Source: Octopus sinensis
Taxonomy: Eukaryota
Assembly (NCBI RefSeq): GCF_006345805.1
Contig: NC_043017.1
Location: 33,790,001 to 33,854,000 of the forward strand
Reading direction: 5' to 3'
DNA length: 64,000 nt
Under the pieces are notes generated by a model. The model was not told the DNA's origin and did no database searches. It saw only the letters and a program-made list of their open reading frames with translations. How positions within the stretch are numbered: the first letter of the stretch is position 1; every line of letters starts with the position of its first letter. Below are positions 37,391 to 49,551 of this stretch, one piece after another. Both the position numbers and the translations under genes were made by a program.

Positions 37391-38852
37391 ATCCAAAAAT
37401 ATATACAAAACAAAGCACACGCGCGTATAAACGTATGTGCGTCAATATGATTTTTATATATATTGCGTTAATACTGTTTACACTTGCTCATATTGTATAT
37501 TGCACGAGCGTCTCACAATATTTTCTATCAGAAAGAATCAGGTGACGTACTCTTCGAAAAGTTTAGATTAGCAGATTATCGCTTTTGACCTTTAAAGTTG
37601 TTATTTTTTAAGTTACTTATGACCTGTTTCTGCTGTAGGAAGAAGTTCTGCATTGTTATGTATTCCTGACTGACTCCAGTGTATTTGTTTCATGGTATAG
37701 GAATTAATTTACATTACAATTACTATCTGGGAAAGACCCCTTTAAACTAGTTTTCCTATACATCGTGTATAGACATTTTACAAGATACATTTTTAACTGA
37801 GCTTTTCTGTCAAAATGATTTTTCGATGTATTACTCAAGTAAAGTTATTTGTTATACATGAAATGTTTATTTACCACATCACTTACTTTTCAATGGTCAG
37901 TAAATTGAAACTGCTCAATCAATTTGAAACTAAAATGATCATTTATTGAGTTTTCTTTTTTGTTTTTGCTTTTTTGAAAATAATTATTCGATATCGATGT
38001 TCGTTACAAAATGAACAAAATAAATACACGAGTCTCCATTGATCTCGTCTGAAATGACATATCCTGATACGACAGAATAATATTATTCATATTAACGTAA
38101 GTGAACGATCAGTTCTCCAATGCTTGTTGAATTGTAATTTTTTCCCTTTCGAGTCTTCAGGTGATGCAGTAACAAAATGGGAATGCTTTCTTCAATGTTT
38201 TATTCTTCTTATACAACTTACTTTAGTAGGTAAAATAATCGAAAAGTATCGTTTAATTTCCTGTCGGCTGTCAGTTATTCAAACAACCGAGAAATAAGAT
38301 TGATCATAATGAATAGTTATACCTCACTTGACATTTCTCCAATAGCGTTTCAGTTTCAAAACGAATATCAATAATAACAGAATAATTTTGCTTCTGTTTT
38401 TTCAGGTGTCTTGATGGTGTCTGGCGCAATAAACAAGGTCCGTGGTTTATTTGTCTTTAAAAAAAAAATGCAGATCGCGTCAAGAACATGAAATGTCGAA
38501 CTGAGTCACAAATCATGGCCAAAATGATAATATCGATGAGTGGGCTTTTAAAATTAGTTTCGTGTTTGTATGGAAGCACAGGCAGCAAGCAAGCCCCTAG
38601 TTTGTGTGTGTGCGTGCGCGCGTGTTTGCATGTGTGTATGAGTGTCTATGTGTGTAAGAAGAGATGTGAATATACGTGAGTGCGTATATAATGAGGAGAT
38701 AAAGAAATATAATTATATTTTCAGTAGAATAAGTATTAGGACGATACACTTTGTAGGTTGACTTGTGGTTGAAGCGTGTTTGTATGTGAAAGATTCCAGG
38801 TCTTTCCAATTATGCGACTTATATTTTACGTGGGACTCTCAACTATTATATG

Positions 38853-39083
38853 TTTCTTTATTACCCACAAGGGGCTAAACATAGAGGTGACAAACAAGGA
38901 CAGACAAACGGATTAAGTCGATCACATCGACCCCAGTGCGTAACTGGTACTTAATTCATCTGCCCCGAAAGGATGAAAGGCAAAGTCGACCTCGGCGGAA
39001 TTTGAACCCAGAACGTAACGGCAGACGAAATACGGCTACGCATTTCGCCCGGCGCGCTAACGATTCTGCCAGCTCACCGCCTT
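38853..39083 (-). mobile_element. SINE family A, full length
   Basis: Reverse complement aaggcggtgagctggcagaatcgttagcgcgccgggcgaaatgcg. Confidence 0.95.
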
Positions 39084-39580
39084 GTGAGACTGTCAACAAT
39101 TATCAAGGAAATTACATTGTTTCAATCCCAAATGTATTACCTTCTTACCAAATTCTTGCAATAATGACTTATATTAATTACTAATCATTGTTCAAGCGTG
39201 TTTGAGAGATATTGTTCTATTTCCGTTAATCTTTAAAGAAAGATGTTTAAATGAATGTTCAAATGAAGGCAACGATTTGTCAATTTTATTACATTTGAAT
39301 GCATAATATGGAGAAAACAGTTCGTTGATTTTAGTGTTTCTTTATAAACAGACACTGTGACGCTTTAAATTCATTGTCCTTTTATGAGAAAACTTAAAAT
39401 AAGCGGAGGTCAAAAGATTGAAACTCTGATGACACCCATATCATTTTCAAACATTTCATAATCAAGCAGATTTCATTCTTCGAAATCTTTCTGGCTTTCA
39501 AAAGACACTTGTTTGCGTAACCTGATATAAGTGTACTTGAAACAACACGTATATCAGTTGCTTGCGACGTCTCATACATA

Positions 39581-39657
<77 letters not shown>

Positions 39658-40279
39658 TTATCTATTTATCTATCCTCTCCCCATCCCTTATAATTATTTT
39701 TTCTCCTCTTTATTGATTGTCCTGAAACCTCTCCCTCCCCTCTCTCTCTCTCTCCTCCTTTTTATCCCCCTCCTCCGCTTTGCTTTTCTTTCCCTCCCTC
39801 TCCGTTCCCCCACCCCACAAAGAACAATATTCTCCACTTCTAAACAAAGCGAAAACATTCGAATCATATAAATGAACAAGGAAACGGTCTGTTTTTCCCA
39901 TTTGGATTTTGATTTTGTCTTGACAAGTTCGTAAACGAACGAAAGCGCTAATGAAGGATTAATCAAAATTCTGACTGCCTCCTTTTCCTCAATATACAAT
40001 ATTTGTACACCACTTCAAACATTCTACATACATATTTTTGTATTCGTTTACAAGCGATCACCTTGTTGTGACCAAAGAAAATAATCTATTATTGGGGGCA
40101 TACAAGCACACGGCGGAAAAAAGCGTAGAGAAACCCACTTTTACCCATCGAGGGCTAATATGCTCCAATATGAAATTATTTTTTTGTAGTTAATACACGG
40201 CGATCGCTTATAAGATTTAAGCTTATAAAACATCATTATTATAATTATTATCTTATAACTATTATCACATACACACAGC

Positions 40280-40319
<40 letters not shown>

Positions 40320-40340
40320 ACAATATATATATATATATAT

Positions 40341-40384
<44 letters not shown>

Positions 40385-40386
<2 letters not shown>

Positions 40387-40575
40387 CGGGAAGGTTAATA
40401 TGAAAATAACAAAAGACGAAGGCAGGTGGAGTACAAACAAACAAATGTATTAGTATGGCGCTCAGGAATATAAATAGAACAAGTCTTTTACATTTCGAGC
40501 CTACGCTCTTCGACAGAAAGATACACAGAAAAAAAAACAAGGAAAGAAAAAAATGCGTGTAGGAGCTAACGATCT
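40385..40575 (-). mobile_element. Family H4 element, copy 2 (hammerhead motif at 40484-40521)
   Basis: Reverse complement tctttctgtcgaagagcgtaggctcgaaatgtaaaaga; the 3' end abuts (TA)n. Confidence 0.9.
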
Positions 40576-40742
40576 AACATGGCGCTCACGTGGTCTCACT
40601 TTTATCCTATATTCTACCACTACCAACTCTTACCTTTCCTCGACGGACACTAACTTCTCTATTGAATTTTTTTACCTCTAAGGACGTCTACCCTCTGGCT
40701 GCACCTCTCCTACACGGATCAAAGTGACTTTGTTATTGATGT

Positions 40743-40776
<34 letters not shown>

Positions 40777-40909
40777 TCAATAAATGGTGGGGTTGTGTTG
40801 ACCGCACGTGGAGAAATGATAAGCAAGGAAAAATTGTAAAAATGCAGAATGCTCGATTGAAAGAAAATTTTAATGAAATGAGAAAGAAAAAAATATATAA
40901 TATATATTA

Positions 40910-40949
40910 ATTCAAACCGGTTTTCGTCATAGTTTGACTTATCAAGAAT
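40910..40949 (-). ncRNA. Minimal hammerhead H5 with U3-A8 covariant core
   Basis: auuc-UUGAUAA-guca[aacua]ugac-GAAAA-CCGG-UUU-gaau; palindromic CCGG loop; located downstream of the GIY-YIG ORF on the same strand. Confidence 0.7.
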
Positions 40950-41577
40950 AGTTAGGTGAAAAGGTTTTTTAAAATGAGAAAGGGGAAAAAATGTTGCATT
41001 GTTTTTTGCAAAAGAATAATAGTAAATATGTATAAAAATTAAAAAATATGTACTCCGATACATTGTGAGTTCGTTGTGTATCTTGAGTTTAATGATTGTT
41101 CACGAAAAAATTACCTTGAGGTATTAGGATCCAATGGGGTAAGGCCATGTGTTGTTTGGTTTAATTTAGGATGTTGGCAAAACAGGAAGTAGTAGTAATT
41201 GTGGTTCTTCAGTTCCTGTGTTGTGAATAAGGGGAGACAATTCTTTTGAGTTCTTCAATAAAGGCTGCTGATAAAACCCCAAATCATAAAATTGTCATTT
41301 TAGCTTCATTTGCATTATCTTTTTTATGTACTTGTTTGTGAATTTAACTTTCAGATTTTAACACTTTGTTTATATTATTTTCTAATTATATAAATTTGCA
41401 TAGACAATTGCATTTCAGATTGTTATATCATAAATAATAAAGATGATGGAAATAACAACAATAGTAAAAATGATATTTAAAGAATATAAGTTTTTGCTTG
41501 AAGTGATGAATCTATGGTATCCTTATATATTTGTGTGAGTCCATCCATGAAGAATGAGGTAGAAAAGGGAAGTTTGA

Positions 41578-42035
41578 TCAACGAGGAGTTTGTATATTAA
41601 GTTGTGTTTGGAATTTTTCAATAAAGAGATTCTCCTTGTTAATTCTCTCCTGTGTGGTGATGCCGTCTTTACATTGGTAGAAGGGGAATATATAGAATTT
41701 GGGGTTTAAGTCTTTAGCGCATGAGTCTATGTGGTCACTCAGTGGAATTTGTCGGTATTCCGGGAGATTTATTTGTTCTTTATGCCCCACTACTTGTTTA
41801 CGTAACGGGAGACTCGTTTGTCCAACATAATTATGTTGGCAACCAGCGCATGTGAGAACGTAGATAAGGTTCTCGGAGGAACAGGAGAAGTTAGTCTTGA
41901 TTTTAAACTTCGTACCTTGTTTGAAGGTAAATTCAGAACCTTCAAGTAGGAGGGGGCATGTCCCACAGTTTGGGCGTGCACATTTTTTTACTGCTGGGGG
42001 TGGATGTGGTGTGTGAAGTTTGGCATTTGTCAAAC
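41578..42035 (-). CDS. GIY-YIG endonuclease domain of a Penelope-like element (open, 5'-truncated)
   Basis: KKCARPNCGTC...FSCSSENLIYVLTCAGCQHNYVGQTSLPLRKQVVGHK...LSDH...KENLFIEKF; the first residues of the listed ORF (MRKGKK) come from the inverted repeat. Confidence 0.9.
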
Positions 42036-42079
42036 TTTTTTTCCCCTTTCTCATTTTTAAAAAACCTTTTCACCTAACT

Positions 42080-42119
42080 ATTCTTGATAAGTCAAACTAT
42101 GACGAAAACCGGTTTAAAT
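42080..42119 (+). ncRNA. Hammerhead H5, inverted copy (first stem I pair broken)
   Basis: attc-ttgataa-gtca-aacta-tgac-gaaaa-ccgg-ttt-aaat. Confidence 0.55.
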
Positions 42120-42499
42120 AAATATATATTTATATATTTTTTTCATTTTCTCATTGCATTAAAATTTTCTTTCAATCGAGCATTCTGCATTTTTACAATT
42201 GTTCCTGCTATATATATATATATTATATATATATATATATAAGCGTATACATACGTATATATCAACAGTATCAGCGCCAAGCAGTGATTAGGTATAAGTG
42301 AGCTTTAGGTTACCTAAAATATGTTTGCCACATACTTCAACTTCAAAAGGCAAAAACATTCAGATTAGGTAATAAAAATTCATTACCTAATCTGAATATT
42401 TTTATGTAAACTAATGCTTGACTCATCACAGAGGATACACAAAGCCTCAAAACTCTTCTTATCATTGGCAAAAACGCTATCACTTGATTTGAATATATT

Positions 42500-42645
42500 T
42501 TTTACACCTCACACTTTAATTGTGAAACCTTTTTAAATAAGGGTAACCGGTTAAGTTAATAAATACTTTTAAAAGACTCCTTCATTTTCAGATTTTTATC
42601 CTTATACTTTTACTCGTGCGGTAACACCCAACTTTACTTTGTTAC
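42500..42645 (+). mobile_element. Degenerate 3' end of the H5/H6 family
   Basis: aaccggttaagttaataaatac...cattttcag and a terminal actcgtgcggtaacacccaactttactttgtt resemble the reverse complement of 47602-47640. Confidence 0.55.
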
Positions 42646-43599
42646 ACATACACACACATATGTGTGTGTGTGTGGTGTGTGTGTGTGTGTATGTGTGTGT
42701 GTGTGCGTGTATGTATGTAAATATATATATATATTCATGTATGCGTGCATATAGAAATAATGCATGTATTTGTGTATGAATATTTGTTATGCCTATGGGA
42801 AAGTTTGGTAAAATGTTAATGTATGCTGAAAAATAATATACTATAAATGTGATATAATTTGATATTTCCTAACAACTAACGTCATCAGTAAACTGTACCT
42901 GTAATAAAATACTGAGAAAAATAATCCTTGAATTTAGATCAACAATAAAGTGACTTCAATACATTAGAAAAGCTGTTGCTGAGGCGATGAAAGTAACATA
43001 AAATAAGAAAGTATATTGAAAACTAATTTTGTCAGGAAATAGTCATGAGTGATAATGAAGCAATACGAAGGTAACAGAGGAATAGGAAATCAAAATGATT
43101 TGAATATTTTGCAGTAGTATTTCTTTATTTTTCTACATTGTAATAACTGATATTACATAATATTCTACTTTTGTTCCTTCAGATATCATCTTACGAATAA
43201 AGTAATTGACCTTTTACCATTTTTGAGTGCAAGTGTAAAGAAGAAATTATTTAGTTTTCAATGTAAGGCCAGAACTGACATTTTGAAAATTTAATTTCAG
43301 TTTAGAAATTTTTGTTGTATACTTGAAGCTTTTCCTCCCGTTATATAATATTAATAATCACTGTAATGTATAGGGTGATGATTAAAAATGTCAATGTTTT
43401 CCGCCGTGAAATTCATCCAGAACGGAGAGGATTTGCTTGATGCCTTTCAAAACAACATCAATACTTACTTTTTTTAAGCCTGGGGCTTATGCTATCAATA
43501 TTTTTGCTGAGCCGTTAAGTTACGAGAACGCAAACAAATCAACGCCGGTTATCAAGCGGTGGAGGAGGACACACACAGACACAAAGATACACACACACA

Positions 43600-43648
<49 letters not shown>

Positions 43649-43651
<3 letters not shown>

Positions 43652-43840
43652 AAAGTTTACGAAAATAAACAAAAGACGAAGGCAGGTGGAGTACAAACAA
43701 ACAAATATATTAGTATAGCGCTCAGGAATAGAAAAAGTTTATTACGTTTCGAGCCTACGCTCTTCGACAGAAAGATACACAGAAAAAAACAAGGAGAGAA
43801 AAAAGGGGAGAAAGAAATGAGTGTAGTAGCTAACGATCTA
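43649..43840 (-). mobile_element. Family H4 element, copy 3 (hammerhead motif at about 43738-43775, stem I decayed)
   Basis: Reverse complement tctttctgtcgaagagcgtaggctcgaaacgtaat; abuts (TA)n. Confidence 0.9.
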
Positions 43841-43845
43841 TTATG

Positions 43846-43879
<34 letters not shown>

Positions 43880-43880
<1 letters not shown>

Positions 43881-44015
43881 ACACGCCGGGTTTCTTTTCA
43901 GTTTTTGTCTACCAAATTCACTCACAAGGCTTTGGTCAGCCCGACCCCATAGTAGAAGACGCTTGCTCGAAGTGCCACATTATGGAACTGAACCCGGAAG
44001 CAGGCTTTTTATCAC
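43880..44015 (-). mobile_element. SINE family B fragment
   Basis: ctttcagtttttgtctaccaaattcactcacaaggctttggtc...tagtagaagac matches 4255-4345. Confidence 0.75.
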
Positions 44016-47000
44016 AGAGCCAATATTTTCATAAGTTTGTCTGTAAGAGAGACAGTTTTAGACACTGATCTGGGGGATGACCTCAGTGAAACATACTCTG
44101 CAACATACCGAAATAATAAAAATAGATGTGTTATACGGTAAATGAATAAGCCTACATTTCTGTCCAAAACAGCGTCTGCAATCTTAATGATCTCGAGATG
44201 CCATTAACAGGAGAAAAATCAAAGCTAAAACACTAATAACACTATTAATGCAACTACCATCAAAACGCTACCAAGTAAGTGATCACGTGATAGTTACGAA
44301 AATATTCATTATTGACTCATTGTTGACCACTTTGACAGATATAGTAAAGAACACAAACTTTATTACGTAGCAGAGCACTATGAGCTATCGGATTTAAAGA
44401 CAAAATCACTTATAATCCTTGACTCGTATGTATTTAATAAATGGATGCCACGCTGTTATCCGATTCAGACATCAATTTCCTTTAATATGTTAACTTTCAC
44501 ATTGCTAAAATATTCCACGCTTTAATGAAAATTAACCAAATTAATTCTGGTTAAGAATTCCTTCTTTAGAAATCACTTAAAACTGGATTAAACCAGCTGT
44601 AGCAGAAATGGGTTTAAAAAAGACTAATAACGAGTAATTTCAGCACAATAAATCAAAGAAAATTAATTTCACTTGTAGCGATATAAATGTATGTTTGTCA
44701 ATCAGTCATCGACGATGGAATATATGCTGGGCAAAGGTCACTTCCACAAAACCGAATCCAAACAGGGCAGGAAGGGAAAAACCAACAAAGATCAATAATA
44801 TTTCAGCAGCCTTTCATCCTTCGAAATATAGATTGGATGCAGCAGGCGAATAGGACTCGCCTTCGAAATAGACGTTCTACTACATTCGGCATGAAAAGTA
44901 TACAAATGGCTAAAAACTCAAAACTCCAAAGGATTTCTATATTCAAAAACAGCCACATATCTGCGGACCTTCTGAATGTCGAACTCAGTGAATTTCACTA
45001 AGCAATAGTGACCTTTGCGAAAGTACTTTAATAATATTTGGTGAACTATGGAAGGTTTTACCACGGTATAACAGAGCAGGTTAAAAGTTAATTACTTAGC
45101 GTGAATATTCCAACTGAATTTTCCTTTTCTGTTTCTACAATCATTCTCATACATACGATGAATCCCTGTATCGATCTCTTATATATATTGTACAGTATAA
45201 CTGTACTGTATTATTATTACTGTATTATTAGTATTGTACTGTATTATTGTATTATTACTGTAATATTAGTATTGTACTGTATTATTATTGTACTGTATTA
45301 CTGTATTACATGGTTTCTGTAACTTAAATATTCCCTCCTATTACTCTGCAATTGTTTATTTAAAGTCCGGCTATCCTGGTCATATTTAATAAATCTCTCA
45401 TTCATATAAAATTTAACTGTCACACGAAAAGAAAAAAACAATATTTATGTATCGTTGAACCTGTCTCCTAATCCTACAAGTTACAGAGGTCACTAAAAAT
45501 AGTACTTTCCATTCTGTTCTTCTTCAATTCGAAGGTTATCAAACCCACTCATATTGAATATATGTAGTTTATATTTCTGAAAGAGACAGTAATTTATGGA
45601 TGTATTCTTTTTTTTTTTTCTTAAAGTGGATCCGAAATGAATATCGTTTGCATTTTCTTTCTAAATGCATTTAATCGATACATTGGTGTACTTTGAGATG
45701 CAATTAATCGATTTACGTTCTTCAAATAGGATTTTAAGGACCCTAGTTGTATAGTAAGCATTATTCCTCGGAGTTGCCGAGTTGGTCGTAATTTTCATGC
45801 AGTTTTATATGGTTTTATTGGAGATCCAGGTTTACATTGCGTTGTTGAGAAAATTTTTCTCGGTGGATTGGAATGAGTTTCTGTGCTGCAAACCTAAATG
45901 TGTTTGTGATAAGTTGAAACTGAACTGACTGAGTTTTCAAGTCTTCCTTAGTGATCAGTGATATTTTTCAATAATCTATGTTCTGATCTCTCTTTAAAAA
46001 TGAGTTTATATTTTCTGAAGTTGTTTCAAATAGGTTTTCTTTTGTCTGTGATTGTATTCTATAATATCATTCTGATATCGTTGACAAGAATTGTTATATT
46101 TGTTTATATTCAATTAAAATGTCTCTTGAGTCAGATTTTCATTTGATTTCTCTCAGACAACCAGTAATTACATCAAAAATAATCCCTGTCATGTTAAAGT
46201 TTTAATCGGTTTGTAAATTCTCCCTTTGCTCAAGCTAAAAAAAAACACACACACACAAACTAAAACAAACAGGCTAACACAGAAAGGCCATTAAAGTTAA
46301 ACCAACGTAAGAAAATGTATAGTGTATCGCAATTTACTCGAAAGGGTAGCATGTCTCCCTGGAAACAAATACTGCTACCTCAAATAAAGAACAAAATGTG
46401 ATGCATGAGATAATGTTGTCAAATAATCGGATGGTCATATTGTAGATGCCTTTGAGCATAAGTATGCTGAATCTCCCCGTCTCTCTTTCTCTCTAAGTGT
46501 ATATGCATAATTATGTAAATATATGTGTGTAACATGAATGATAGTTTATACAATAACATATCCACTTATGCGAATATCGATACATTTATAATAAAGTAAT
46601 CGCTATCATAGTTTAAATTAAGAATGTACCGCACATACATAAAAAAAACTTGTACGAACTTAGACATACATACAGATATGCGTACATATAATATTTATAT
46701 TGCAAAGACCGACTACCCTAAACTACAGGTACACACGCTATCACGCACGCTATCACACACACACACACCACACACACACACACACATAACCACACACACA
46801 CGCACAGACACACACATATCTACACACACACACATCCGCACGCAAGCACATATACACAAACGCACACACGCCACACAAGAAATATTAAATATGAAATTGT
46901 GAATAAATGTTAGAATTATAAAAAGTGTAGTTTTCTTTCTTGTTTGCTATTATTGCGCTCACACATGAAAGTTTAGCTTAAAATTTAACTTCAAATTATA

Positions 47001-47472
47001 TTATATATTCAGGCGAGGAAGCAATTATTGAGAATCGCTTTTCTCTGGAGAGTAAGGAGGACAAACGGTATTGTTTGTAACGTTTACAAGGTTCTAAAAA
47101 CTAAGTTAACCTTTATTGACATTCACTTCACAAAATGTGGAAGATATAATTGCAATAGTCTCAAGATAATTGCCATTGTATTGTTGAATTATTCTTTGCT
47201 GCGAAGAAAAGCGGCTAAACATTAAGGCTGGTTTATCTAAAAGTTGCATTTTGATTTCTCTAATTCAAATAGAATTACAAACTGGGTAAGTTTGAAGGAA
47301 TTTATTTATACATTGGCGCCCTCGTTCGCCAACATGCGTGAGTGCACACATATACATGAACACTCATATATAAATACACCAGTTCTGGGTAATTTTAAGC
47401 ACTTTAGTATAAACATGCAGTCCTTTTTCAACACCAAAGATTTGCCCACGTTTATATAATGCTTACATATAT

Positions 47473-47504
<32 letters not shown>

Positions 47505-47686
47505 ATTTGAGGGAATATTAATCCTAACTTACAGGGAAAATTCAATTTCGAATACTAAATCAAATTTCACACAATATAATATATATATATATATATGTAT
47601 ATAACAAAGTGGAGTTGTGGGGTACCGCACGAGTGGAATTATATACACGAAAGAAGGTTTGAAAATGCAATTTAAAAGATGTTTAT

Positions 47687-47731
47687 TTACTTTACCGGTT
47701 TCACTCTTTGGAAAAAGATTGTCAAAAGTAA
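47687..47731 (-). ncRNA. Minimal hammerhead H6 (U3-A8 core), minus copy
   Basis: Exact reverse complement of 48290-48334. Confidence 0.65.
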
Positions 47732-48289
47732 CATGTGGAAGAAAAAAAACGGGTACATTCTTTTCAATTCCACATTTCTGCTAAAACGGACAGGTTAGTG
47801 ACAACCTCACCACTACAATAATGTAAATCTTTTTGAACTCATAATATTCTGTATGTGTATACTGAACTTTTTTTAATAATTCCTCCTGGAAATTACCCTG
47901 AGATGTATAATATATTTGTTTTAATCTTTTCTGCCCATTTTTTCAATGAGCTTGTTAAACTTTTTTATATTCTCAACATACTGTTGTCACCAAAGGCTAT
48001 ATTTATATGAATTATAATACTCTGTGTCAACCAATATTCTGTGCATGTTTGAATATACAGATACAGTACCAATATCAATTCCTTCTGGAAACTATCTTAA
48101 GTATGTCCTTGAGAACGATTATTTATGTAGTAATCTTTTGTGTCCAATATTTTAAGGAACCTGTTGAACTTTTTTATGTCCTTAACATGTCCCTGTTACC
48201 AAAGACTGTATATATATATATATATTATATATATATGTAATGTAGCAATTTGCAACAACCAATAATTAACGCAACCAAACTTCCACATG

Positions 48290-48334
48290 TTACTTTTGAC
48301 AATCTTTTTCCAAAGAGTGAAACCGGTAAAGTAA
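48290..48334 (+). ncRNA. Minimal hammerhead H6 (U3-A8 core), plus copy
   Basis: uuacuu-UUGACAA-ucuuu[uucc]aaaga-gu-GAAA-CCGG-UA-aaguaa; 6-bp stem I, ACCGGU palindrome, GUA triplet; the 2-nt excess (gu) at the base of stem II is atypical. Confidence 0.65.
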
Positions 48335-48372
48335 ATAAACATCTTTTAAATTGCATTTTCAAACCTTCTTTC

Positions 48373-48451
<79 letters not shown>

Positions 48452-49050
48452 CATATATATTTCACACTTTGCACTCCACTCTTCTCGCTCTCTCTCTTTT
48501 CTCCTCCTCCTTTGTTTCTTTGTTCCTTGTTTCCCTATTTTCTCTGTCCCTCTTTTCCTCTCTCTTCTCCTCACACGTGACTGACTGACCGATTGCCAGC
48601 CTTTCGTGCTTAGCAGTCGTCGCGGCAAGACACATTTATTCTCTCTCTGCGCTAAGGCATTTTTCTATCACGCCAGCTCCAAGTTTACTCGTCCTGTCGA
48701 AAGACGCCTGTCTGTGACGTTCTGTTTTTGATATTATTATCATTATCATTATTGTTTTCACGTATTTTTGCATTCTTATTCGTGTAACATCGTCCGTTTT
48801 TCCGTCCTTGTTTTGTATACATTCGAGTCTTTCTTCCAAGGAATCTAATGTGCTTGGCTTAGATTTTCCTTTGGGGCTGGCCAGATCGGAGCAATCTCAA
48901 GATTAATCAGCCGAAATTGCGAGGTTGATCCGGTTCTTGACTGAAGATTGAAGGCTTTGAATGTCCCGTCCGTGTTTTTTGTATCGTCTTCGAAATGTTT
49001 TGCGTTCTTGTCCCAGTTTGTATATTTTTACATATATATATATATATATA

Positions 49051-49312
49051 AATTAGAAAAAAATACCTTTTATCAATTCAAAATGAACAATTAAATTACA
49101 CCATCTAGAAAACTACATATAATAGAAATATTAAAATTAAAATAACAATAATATACGGATTATATACGTTTTTATTAGTTTTTTTGCAATTTACTTAATC
49201 ATCGGTATATTATTGTTATTTTGATATTTCTATTTCTATTATATGTAATTTTCTAGATGGTGTAATTTAATTGTTCATTCTGAATTGATAAAAGGTGGGT
49301 TTTTTTTCTAAT
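49051..49312. repeat. AT-rich foldback element (~80-bp inverted arms) in (TA)n; right half also at 24930-25075
   Basis: aattagaaaaaatacc...ccatctagaaaactacatataatagaaat versus atttctattatatgtaattttctagatgg...ttttctaatt. Confidence 0.85.
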
Positions 49313-49430
49313 TTATATATATATATATATATACATATACATATGTATGTATATATATATATATTATATATATATATACATATACATACACACACACACA
49401 TATATATATATATAATATATATATATATAT

Positions 49431-49462
<32 letters not shown>

Positions 49463-49507
49463 ATATATTATATATATATATACATATACATACACACACA
49501 CACACAT

Positions 49508-49547
<40 letters not shown>

Positions 49548-49551
<4 letters not shown>

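Larger units (their letters stand above)
40778..42209 (-). mobile_element. 5'-truncated Penelope-like element with inverted terminal duplication (40822-40991 / 42036-42209)
   Basis: GIY-YIG ORF, long 3' region with hammerhead H5, and a ~170-bp inverted copy of the 3' part at the 5' end; (TA)n on both flanks. Confidence 0.9.
47602..48379. mobile_element. Non-coding element with ~100-bp perfect inverted repeats, each holding hammerhead H6; internal degenerate ~190-bp tandem duplication
   Basis: 47643-47741 is the reverse complement of 48280-48378; (TA)n on both sides; no recognisable ORF inside. Confidence 0.9.

Noticed and set aside
38406-38437. Possible exon after ttttgcttctgttttttcag
   Set aside because: Weak donor (ag|gtccgt) and no supporting neighbours.
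45730-46130. Minus-strand frame with few stops, faintly like a LINE endonuclease-RT linker
   Set aside because: No diagnostic motif; several stops; cannot support a call.
48941-48996. CTGAAGA-tt-gaaggc...gtcttc-GAAAT
   Set aside because: No valid stem III, NUH or stem I downstream. The surrounding 48600-49040 looks like an LTR-type repeat but could not be assigned.
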